DNA from: Chara braunii
Taxonomy: Eukaryota > Plantae > Charophyceae
DNA length: 59,378 nucleotides
NCBI GenBank assembly: GCA_003427395.1
Contig: BFEA01000026.1
Span: forward strand, 3,020,825-3,080,202
Reading direction: 5' to 3'
Every line of letters begins with the position of its first letter. Within the stretch, counting starts at the first letter, position 1. This document shows, piece after piece, positions 49,574 to 59,378 of this stretch. The position numbers and the translations under genes were made by a program. The notes beneath the pieces were generated by a model, which saw nothing but the letters and a program-made list of their open reading frames with translations, was not told the origin of the DNA and did no database searches.

Positions 49574-50535
49574 TCGAGCTTTTCCACTTCCAAGTGCCAA
49601 AAAAAAAAAAAAAAAAAAAAAGTGCCAACCAATGACAATCATAACACATAGCGGAGGTGGGGTCGGGGAGATTCGTGAGAAGTTGGTCTCAGAGATGGAA
49701 AAAAGAAGCGAGCTGCGCTAACGAGAGCGCCTGACGAGCCGCCCGGCGGGGCCCGGTCGTGCCTCGGTCAGACTAGGGTTCGGCGCGTGGGCGTCGGCGA
49801 CGGCGTCAACAACGTTGACGAAGTGAGGGCCGTCCAACTGACCACCATAGCCTACGTACTTCGGGCGACAGGAAGGAAGACCTGGTGGGTCGTGTCAGGA
49901 AGGACGGGCGACTCTTGCAGTGCAGCAGAGCAAAGGACGAAGAGACCCATGGAGGACGACAGTCAAACGAGGAAGCTGACGAAGGGGCAGGCCGTAGCCG
50001 ATGTAAAGGGAAACGGGGAAGCGGGGCCAATGAAAGCAGTTAGCGCACTCTGAAGCGGAGATGCTGGGAAAGAGAAGTCGGGGAAATGAAGGCGGAATAA
50101 GGGGAGGGCCAGAGAGAGAGGAGGCAGAGCCATGAGTGCCTCGTGAGTGGGAGACAGACGAATTTCGAGGACGGTGGAACAAAGAGGCGAAGTATCAGAA
50201 GAGTTGGACAGGAGACATACGGAGAACAATCCGAATGGAGTAAAAGGATAAGACGAGGAGTTCGCCGCAGAGGGGGCGGGCTAAAGGAGCAAGGATCACA
50301 ACCGTGGAAGACCCGACCAACGAGTGTTTACAGTGTCATCACAAGGAAGGCGAGTGGGAGGGGCCCCCCTGTGCCCCTCCTCGGTAAGCCCGGCTGGCCA
50401 GTCCTTCCTGCGCTCAGTCCCCCTGGCATCCCTCCCGCTAGACCTTGCCAACCCCCCCGCCATCCCCCCCCTTGAACCTTGCCGCCCCATCCCCACCCCT
50501 TATTCCTCATTGGCAAATCCCTTTAAGGCTTTGAC

Positions 50536-51069
50536 GACTCTCCCTCACCTGTGACTCTCCCTCCCGTAGACTCCCCAAGTCTCCCCTCATCGTCAGTCAT
50601 CATCAGTCACGGGGTCGTGCTCACACTCGGGCCTTTGCCTGCAGGGTGTCAGTGACTCTCCCTCACCTGTGACTCTCCCTCCCGTAGACTCCCCAAGTCT
50701 CCCCTCATCGTCAGTCATCGTCAGTCACGGGGTCGTGCTCACACTCGGACCTTTGTCCGCAGGGTGTCAGTGACTCTCCCTCACCTGTGACTCTCCCTCC
50801 CGTAGACTCCCCAAGTCTCCCCTCATCGTCAGTCATCGTCAGTCACGGGGTCGTGCTCACACTCGGACCTTTGTCCGCAGGGTGTCAGTGAGACCGCTTT
50901 ACTGTCACCACGTGTACATTCCTCATTGGTATATCCCTTTAAGGCTTTGATGACTCTCCCTCACCTGTGACTCTCCCTCCCGTAGACTCCCCAAGTCTCC
51001 CCTCATCGTCAGTCATCGTCAGTCACGGAGTCGTGCTCACCCTCGGACCTTTGTCCGCAGGGTGTCAGT
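50536..51069 (+). promoter_or_regulatory. 118-bp 5'UTR monomer array, four copies
   Basis: Near-identical units start at 50536, 50654, 50772 and 50952. A promoter role is inferred from rodent L1 monomers. Confidence 0.75.
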
Positions 51070-51360
51070 GAGACCGCTTAACTGTTGCCACATGTACACC
51101 GCGGTATTGGCCTGTGACGATCCCTAATCATGAGATCACTGGAATGTCCCGTGTAAGCTGACCCCCCCCGACGTACTCAGGAGTCTGCCGCTCCTCCTCA
51201 TCCGGGAAACCGCTTGATAATAACCAATCGATCTTGCCCACTTGGAGTGACAGACCGCAGACAAGTCACAGGTGTACACGTCTACACCAGCCTCTATAGC
51301 ACACAAGTACGTAATAGCGAGGGGGGAAAACGCCCCCCGCAGAAGGCGGCAATATCGCCA

Positions 51361-54300
51361 ATGGGGAGAAGAGGAGCGCAAGGGAGAGGTCTCCTTTTCC
51401 ACAGAAAATACGATTCTCGGTCTATGGTGAACCACCGTGTAAACTGGGCAAGGGAGTGGCGTCCGTTGAATGAGGGGAGGAAAAACGTGTCTGCCTCTAG
51501 CCCATCTCGCCCGCGGGAGGGTCATTCGGTCCTTGGGGGGAGAAACGACACCGTGGCTCCCCTCCCGCCTCCCCAGGACGGATCTCGGAGCACGGCACCG
51601 AACGCAACAGAACATAGCCACGGGGGCACACAATCATGGGCGGCGAAACTCAAACAATCGCCGGCAGGGATTACCGCAGACAAGGCGGGAAGAAGCCCTG
51701 CGCTCACACCCTTAAAAGCCTCATTGATGTCTCTGTTGACCCCAGCTCCTCACCAGATGAATAATGATCCCCTGGCGTTGACTGCAATTCACCCGGCGAG
51801 AAGCCTCTTCATACAGAAACTGTTTGTACAACCCCATAAGTTGTACCAGGAAATTGATGGATTCATCCACCCCATATGCAGTTTCCCCCAACAGGCGATG
51901 ACGACAAGAAATATAATATATTCCCAACACGCGGTTCAATTCCACTTCCGGGAGGTGCAGCCCGCCTTAGCGATGAATGATAGGATTAAATGGGTGACAG
52001 CTATCCTGGCCACCTTCAAATTCACGAAACAAGATGTGGTGGACCATTTCCTCATTGAATCTGTCGGCCAGGCAACCATAACAGTCATCGCCCTCTACCC
52101 GGGGGACCATGCGCATCTGATGGGCCTTAAAAACCTTAAATTTCGCGGTCACCCAGTGCAGATCGCAAGGTGGCGACCGGAACAACCACTCACAGCAGAT
52201 GACCGTAGACAACAAATCATGGAGAGCAACTTCTGGGTTGAATTCCGATACGCCCCGCTGGCGATCCAGGGGGCCATCATCCATGACCTCCACTCCCTGG
52301 CACGGTTGAAAGGGTTCGTCCACGAATTGCCAACCTTCTTGGAAAAGAGGGACGACACCCTCCTCGTAGCGGTTGAGTGGTATCCATCAAAACCGTTCCC
52401 CTTGCATGACTCGTGGGATTATATCTATGGGGGAAAACGCGTAACAGTGCCCATCAGCCACAGTCAGAATCCCTGGTGCTATACATGCAAGGAAAAAGGC
52501 CATCTGTGTACTGATTTCCGCTGCCCAAAATCCCGGAAAAAAACTGTTAATGGCCTGGTTTCTCCTCACCCCACGGACGATGGAACATGGTTGCCGAATG
52601 ACGAGGCATTGAAAGGATGGTCCTTCCACACCCAGGGGAAGGACACACCAGGATGCTGGATCTGGAAAGGACAAGGAAAACCGGGGTCTGCACCGCAATC
52701 CTCCGCCCGAGTGCTGAGTCAACACAGCCGAGGCCGGGCACCTGAAGGTGCACCCCACCAACACCAGGGGGGCAAGGAAAACCCACCTGAGCACACACAA
52801 GAGCCTATTGAGATACATTCTGGTGCGGAACAGGAAAGTGAACAGGAAGAGGACGACGAGGATGATTGTCCGCTACAGAGGCACACGACCAGGTGCAACA
52901 TGGAGAAGCAGAGTGGGGGTGAGGCGACACAGAATTGTAGGAGCCCGAATGACATGGAATCTGGGGCACCCCATCGGAGGCATGGATCGACCTCTGGCTT
53001 GCAACCGATCCAGCACCCACAGACGGACAGGGGTCGTAAGGCAGCAAAGCGGAAGATGAGGACGACTAGACCTCAGGCAGGACTGGCACCAAACCAAAAG
53101 ACGGCTCCATTACAGATGGACCACGCCAGGGAAGAAGCCTCGGGCGATGGGACCAGCCCACCATCACCCGCGATGCAGCAGCAGGCTGCTACCCAGAACT
53201 CCCCCCTTAACAAGGACGGGACATGTGTGGACCGCGCGAGCAGTACTGCGGTTCCCCATCAGGGAGATAGAACCCTCCCACCACCACTCGCAGAACAGCA
53301 GCAAGAAGCTACCCAGGATTCCCCCTCTAGCGAGGATAGGCTACGTGTGGACCAAGCGACCACCACAACGGTCAGCCAGCCGGCGGAAGGCATGCACAAT
53401 CAACAAGGGCAGAGGCTTGCCCACCAAGGNNNNNNNNNNNNNNNNNNNNNNNNNNNNNNNNNNNNNNNNNNNNNNNNNNNNNNNNNNNNNNNNNNNNNNN
53501 NNNNNNNNNNNNNNNNNNNNNNNNNNNNNNNNNNNNNNNNNNNNNNNNNNNNNNNNNNNNNNNNCTTGCCCACCAAGGGTTGCAACAGCCAGCAGCCACC
53601 ACGCCCTCCTCTCTAATCGGAGATAGGCTACGTGTGGACCAAGCGACCACCACAACGGTTAGCCAGCCGGCGGAAGGCTTGCACAATCAACATATCGCCC
53701 ACCACGGGTTGCAACAGCAAGCAGCCACCACGTCATCCTCTCTAATCAGGGAAGGGACTGAAGGCAACCATAACCCGTCTGAGAATGTACCCTTGGGGTC
53801 GCAAGCTGGGGACCCGCTGAAACTTCACAGGTACCAAGCTCCAACAGCCTCTCATCCGGTAGGGGGCAAGCAAAACCAACACGGGGGGCCACAGGCCCTC
53901 CACGGGGAGCAGCAGACTGTGGCTACCAGACCCCCCTCCCCGACCGAAGAAGGGGCTGAAGGCAACCAAAACCGGTCAGAAATGATACCAGTGGGCTCGC
54001 CAGCGGGCCCCGCTATGGCCGAAGCCATAACTGCATGACGCCCTCATGACCTAAGCGACCACCACCAAAATCATCAAGCAACCACAATGGTGGAATTGTC
54101 AGCCGGAGGACAGCAGGATCCGCACCGGAATAAGGGCGCACACTAGGTCCAGCGGCAACACACGCCGCTCCAACAGCCCCTCTCGGGGTGCGAGGAACGG
54201 GGCTCCATATGTAAGTCAGGGGGGACAACCCTGGCCTCAGGGGCTGAACAGGTGGCCACAGTGGTAATGGCCTTACCAACTGGTGGCCTGCATGAACAGC

Positions 54301-57005
54301 GCGAACAGGAAGCCGCAACGGGTGTGCCCTTACCTGCTGGAGGACAGCAGGAATACCGCCACCGCCAGCAGGGCAAGCCTGGGTTGTTGCTGCGCACAAC
54401 TGCACCTGCCCCACCTTCTCTTGAACTGGGTCGCCCGCAGCGCAGTGACCACCCGGGTGTTGCACAGCCAGATAAGGGGAAACCACATGACCAGCATGCA
54501 GCCCAAAAAATGCAACTGGCGGGCCTGCCAGCTGGAGGCCCGCTGAAACTTCACGGACACCAGGCCGCAACGGATTTAGCCACAGTGGCGGTCTCGCCAA
54601 CCGGAGGACCACAGGAACATCACGCGCACCGGGTTATTCACACAGACCTATGGCAACATACGCCTGCCCAGCAGTCCCTTTCTGAAGGAGGGGAGCATAG
54701 TACCATACAAAAGGCAGGGCAGATAGTTCCAGTCTCGGAAGCTGAAAAAGAAGCCGCTTTGGTAGGGGTCACATATACAGGAGGCCTCCCCGTCGGTGGC
54801 CGGAACGTACACCACGAACAATCATAGAGTGTGGCACAACCCGGGGCATTGCAGCATACGCCTGCATCTACCCCGTCCCCCTTGGAGTCGGATCGCCCCT
54901 TGTGCTTGGATCACCCAGCTGATGCACAAAGGGAGATCTACCCCCCGAGCAATGCTCTCATAAAAGCTATCTCCCCCCCCAAACACCGCGGACCCCATTT
55001 GAGGGGCATTAACAAAATTGTCCGCTTCCAGTACCTCCACAATGTGGCAAAAGGGATGAAGAACCTGTTCCCAGCGAACGCAGGGTTGTCAAACCAGGGG
55101 GACAATATGGGGACCCTCGCCTCTCACATCATACCTGGAGAGCCCCAGCAAACTCGGAGCCTGCGGAGCCTGCAACTCCTAACCAAGGAGCAGGCGATTG
55201 CCTCGCCGACCCTCGCCACCCGCCCCAAGGAGCAAGCCAGCCCGCAATACGACACACAAAAATTAAGCTCACAACAGCAACATGCAGTAGCCAACACCCC
55301 CTACTCTCAGGAGGAGCCCCTCCTGCAGGGGACAACGGACACAAACGGGGAGGCTGGACCAGTAGGAGGTACGTCGCGATACCGTCAGCTAATGTTGGAC
55401 CAAGAGCAAGCTGACGCTGAGCTGTGAGAAGCGATCGTATCGAGAAAGGCCAGACAAGCAACCCTTTCCCAAATGGACGTTCACATCCGTGACGTGACGT
55501 CTGCATCAGACACAGATACGGATGCAGAAATGGATAAGGGAGAAACGCAGGGGGACACATCCGGGGGGGCAGCCCTCACGTCGGAACAACATTTACTTCT
55601 CCATCACCTAGCTGCACAGCAGATGCTGCACCCACAGCTGCAATGCGACGCACCGACCGCCACCCCGACTGCTATCCAGGAAATGCAGGACCCATTGACA
55701 AGGGATGCACCGGCCTACGGAGCGGGCCCGGATGACCAAGGACTCATGATCTAGCACCTTTTCATGCTCCAACATGATATCCAAACACAAAGGGCTGCAA
55801 TCGGGCTGGTCGACTCACAGGACGGTCGTCACCTCTTACAAGAAAGACAACACTGGCAGAGACAATTGCAGGGTAGCCATGCAAATGACTTACAAACTTA
55901 CCAACAAGGACAGCCGGCGGCATGTCACATGCACCCCTGCACCCAATCGCACAGTCATTTTATCTCACACGTCCACAGTGGAATGGTCCCATCCCTAGAG
56001 GGTGCAGCACTAGACCAGCATGGAGGAATTCACCCGGCGTTGGACAATGAGATGTCCTCGGAGCAGTCGTACCACACTCCGCAATGCTCACACCCGCTAG
56101 AAGGTACGCACCCGGCCATGGACCAGGAAATGGAGACAACACCATTCGGGGCTCCGCTGCCGGCTCAAACAATCGGCCCACAATCCACACACCAAGCAAA
56201 TGACACGACAGGAATCCACCCGGCCATGGACCATGAAATGGAATTTGCTCCCCAACAAAAATCGCTGATATGGGACAAGAAGGTGCGGGCACATTTAAAG
56301 GAATTGACGGACTGGATCCTACAAAACGCGCTGGCCCCCGGGGGGCGCACCCTGAGCGAAGTCGTTACCCCCATGCAATGGGAAAAAATCCGAAGAAAAG
56401 TCCTGGCCAAACAGGAAGTTAAGCAGGTGGTCAACCGATTCTGCACAATGGAGGAGGTGGACTGGGGGCTGGTGGCAAAAGCCCTCATACTCACAGCCAC
56501 CTCACTGTTAGAGGATATTGACAAAGCCATGACAGACCACACAGGACACGCAGCCACCACAGTCAGGGTGGAACAGCCATCGCTGCAGCAATTACAAACG
56601 GGACTCAGATCTCTAGATAGCAAACCGGTGGGGGAACATGAGGAAGGGGGCATTCGCATTGCCGATTGGGGAATTGATCTTCATACACAGACTTTGCCAA
56701 GACAAGGGCTGCTGTCGCAGTCACAGCTACCCATCCTTAATAGGATACCGGCCTTCTTACTTACCCCGAATGCAGCAAATGAACCGTCAACATTGGCACC
56801 GGGGGCAGCCCTGACTATCGACCTCCTCATAGATGGTGACTCGGACAGCGACAAGCAGGAGGAGCAGTCCGAGGATGGATCAGACGAAGAGTCGGAAGGC
56901 AGCACAACGCAAGACCTGGGTAAGTGGATCGGCCTCCCCACCGCACAGTGGATCCACGTGAATGGGCCTCTCTCAAGTGTTTGCCTGCCTCTAATACAAA
57001 ATTGA
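51361..57005 (+). pseudogene. LINE ORF1, very long (gag-like zinc knuckle plus Q/P/H-rich extension), interrupted by point stops
   Basis: Open from ATG 51361 to the gap, with CYTCKEKGH..C at ~52477. After the gap, ORFs 53580, 54252, 54831, 55473 and 55764 all share one frame. Confidence 0.75.
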
Positions 57006-57039
57006 TGAAAGCGGGGGACACCTGTTCACAAGCCCTCCG

Positions 57040-59037
57040 ATGGACACGCACTCACACATGGACTGTGTGACGCACCAACCTCCACACTCACAGCCCCCCC
57101 GGCAGCCCCCCCCACAACCCCCCACTGGCCCATACGTCCTGCCACCGGTAAGACGCCCTCCGGATTGGGCACGAAAGATTGCCCTCGCAGACCTGGACGT
57201 CAGAGTACTAAACCTCAATGGCCTGGCACAGGCTTCGCCCGAAAAAAAGGAAGCCATATGGAAAATGCTAAAACCAGAGGGCTCGGGATCATGGCTTGAC
57301 GCAATATGTGTTCAAGAGACCCACCTCACGGAATCAATAGCGCATAAAGCGAAGGAAAAATGGGTGTGGCCATATACTGTCTTCTCAGCCCTGGCAAGGT
57401 CCGGCGCGTCAACAGGAGTGGCAGTATGGATCCCCCACTCGTCTTGGCTCAAACCCGTGGCCCATGAATGCAACCGCCAAGACAGACGGTGGGTTTATGT
57501 TAAGGCCATCATAGGGGATGACGAAATCATCATAGTGAGCGTCTATGGCCCTAACGATCCGGGGGAGAGAGTTCACTTTCTGCACAACCTACACCAACAG
57601 TTGCCCACTGATCTGCCTCTGATTATCGCGGGCGACTTCAACATCACCCCCGAACTGCACCTGGACAGAAGGACCTCACACACGGTCCCCATATACAGGT
57701 GGGCCCCGGACGTGGATATATTAGCCCGCTTCATGGCTTCCCTACAGCTTAAGGATGCTTACATGGTTTTGCACCCTTCAAAAAGGGCATACACATGTGT
57801 GAGACCTAACGGAGCGGCGAGCAGGTCAAACTCACGCATAGATTTCTTCCTCATTTCGGAGGATTTAGTGGGAGTATTGGCGGTGGCGGATATTATGACT
57901 CTCAGCCCCTGTAAATCTTTCGACCATCGGGGGATAGTGTTAGACCTGTCCTTCCACCATCCTATTGAACGCGGGCCGGGGATTTATAAATTTAACACGT
58001 CTCTCTTAAAAATCCCGGCTCTGAAAGATTTGGTCAACGAATTCTGGTTCTACTTGTCCACAAAAAGAGAAGCTGCCCCCTCTACGGTAGATTGGTTTAA
58101 TGACGGACTGGCGCAGTTGCGAGACAGGGTTAAAAAGTTTTTCATTACTCATGCGAGGGACCGTAAGGCGGTGCTGGATAAACTGCTGAACGAATCGGAA
58201 AACTGGGACTCCAAACTGCAAATGGACCCACTAGATGAAGAAACCTTTAACAAACTGCAGCTTGCTAGAGACCACCTACAATCCTACCTGGACGCCCAGG
58301 CGGAGGCGTGGAGAATCCAGGCGCGGATAAAAAAAAGGGACACAAATGGGACGATGGCTAAATCCTTCTTTAGGAAAGCAACGGCCAGGGCAAGACAGTC
58401 GGTGGTCCCATCACTGAGGCACCCTTTCGATCATTCTCTCCCCAAAGCTGCCAACGCCTATGGCATAGTTGATTATGCAGCCCAGTTCTACCAAAAGTTG
58501 TACGCTTTGGAGTCCGCACAATGGGGGACGGAGCAGTTGGTTGCAGCACGCTGCACCATGCTGCAATACCTCCCCGCCATGCTGTCTACATCTCAAAGAG
58601 AGCAGCTGGAAGCCCCACTTACGCCGGAGGATCTCCTAGAAGCCCTGAAAGGCATGGATGTTGAAAAGACCCCCGGATTAGACTCCTTTCCCAAAGAATT
58701 CTGGCTCAAGGCCTTCCAACCGGATGTACCTGGCGCAAGGTGGGCGGCACTCAAAAAAGACCCGGATCATGATTGCATAAAGCCGGTGGAAGAGCTCACT
58801 CGAATTAGGGTGGTGGGCTCTGAAGACACGGGCTACTTTGCCTACGAAATGGCCTCCCCGATCTGTGCCCTCCCGTTTGATCCAGATGAGTGGGAATGGA
58901 GTGGTCGCAGACCAATCCCAGTCTGGCAATACACGGTGAAAGAAGGGTACAAGCAAGCTCATCCTCTCATAGGCTCCACACCAATCGTGCAGAATCGCTG
59001 GAGAAGAGACTCCCCGGTGAGCAGCTCCGCCATGTGA
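57040..59037 (+). CDS. LINE ORF2 derivative: intact APE endonuclease plus linker fused in frame to the C-terminal region, no RT
   Basis: NLNG, ICVQETH, VYGP, GDFN, SRIDF and FDH are all present. KTPGLDSFPKEFW is followed directly by the post-RT segment (LPFDPDEWEW). Confidence 0.88.
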   Translation: MDTHSHMDCVTHQPPHSQPPRQPPPQPPTGPYVLPPVRRPPDWARKIALADLDVRVLNLNGLAQASPEKKEAIWKMLKPEGSGSWLDAICVQETHLTESIAHKAKEKWVWPYTVFSALARSGASTGVAVWIPHSSWLKPVAHECNRQDRRWVYVKAIIGDDEIIIVSVYGPNDPGERVHFLHNLHQQLPTDLPLIIAGDFNITPELHLDRRTSHTVPIYRWAPDVDILARFMASLQLKDAYMVLHPSKRAYTCVRPNGAASRSNSRIDFFLISEDLVGVLAVADIMTLSPCKSFDHRGIVLDLSFHHPIERGPGIYKFNTSLLKIPALKDLVNEFWFYLSTKREAAPSTVDWFNDGLAQLRDRVKKFFITHARDRKAVLDKLLNESENWDSKLQMDPLDEETFNKLQLARDHLQSYLDAQAEAWRIQARIKKRDTNGTMAKSFFRKATARARQSVVPSLRHPFDHSLPKAANAYGIVDYAAQFYQKLYALESAQWGTEQLVAARCTMLQYLPAMLSTSQREQLEAPLTPEDLLEALKGMDVEKTPGLDSFPKEFWLKAFQPDVPGARWAALKKDPDHDCIKPVEELTRIRVVGSEDTGYFAYEMASPICALPFDPDEWEWSGRRPIPVWQYTVKEGYKQAHPLIGSTPIVQNRWRRDSPVSSSAM

Positions 59038-59378
59038 CATATCCCCTGGGACAAGTACGCACATATAATGCCCACATCCCAAAGGGCCCTGCAGTGGCAA
59101 ATACTTCACCGCTGTGGCAAATACTTCACCGCTGCCTCCCAACTCCGGACTGGCTGACCTCCCGCTCCTCCCTAGAACAACAAGGCGTGCTATCCCCCAT
59201 CTGCACCCACTGTGGAGACAACGCGCAGCGCAGACGGGCAGACCTGGAGCACTGCCTATTAGCATGCCCAATGGCTAAAAGAGTGTGGCAGTGGTGGGAT
59301 GCCTTCTGGTTCACAATGACAGACAAAGTTTTCCATTGGGATGTCAGTCTCATTCTGTTGGGACAACAGAATTCCTTC
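59038..59378 (+). pseudogene. zf-RVT part of ORF2 beyond a stop and a 20-bp duplication
   Basis: RALQWQILHRC; GTGGCAAATACTTCACCGCT duplicated at 59094-59133; then SPICTHCG..LEHCLLACP. Confidence 0.9.

Larger units (their letters stand above)
49700..59378 (+). mobile_element. Near full-length L1/Tx1-type LINE with RT deletion (runs off the window)
   Basis: CpG-rich 5' region, monomer repeats, gag-like ORF1 and endonuclease-bearing ORF2. The 5' boundary is approximate. Confidence 0.9.

Noticed and set aside
50536-51069. CRISPR-like array
   Set aside because: Units are 118 bp and abut without unique spacers, there are no cas genes, and the context is a eukaryotic LINE.

Overview
Eukaryotic, transposon-saturated region with four assembly gaps. 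The U6 copies have a plant-type sequence, so a green-lineage (streptophyte) genome is likely; this is inference. No intact host gene is recognisable. The window holds at least eight copies or fragments of L1/Tx1-type non-LTR retrotransposons, a decayed Helitron (Rep HUH plus Pif1 helicase), several MITE families, two tRNA-derived SINE-like copies, three U6 snRNA retrocopies and many microsatellites. Four things stand out. (1) A TSD-flanked U6(5')-LINE(3') chimera sits next to two more U6 retrocopies, and all three are altered at the same ACAGAGAA^GATTAGC site. (2) A near full-length LINE has 118-bp 5' monomers, a very large ORF1 of about 1,880 codons, and an ORF2 that keeps the endonuclease but has lost the whole RT by an in-frame deletion. 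(3) A covarying 3'-terminal hairpin motif occurs at nine positions. (4) Two of those positions end multi-kb, ORF-less, (CAT)n-rich elements that appear to parasitise the LINE machinery. All alignments were done by eye, so boundaries of decayed elements are approximate.
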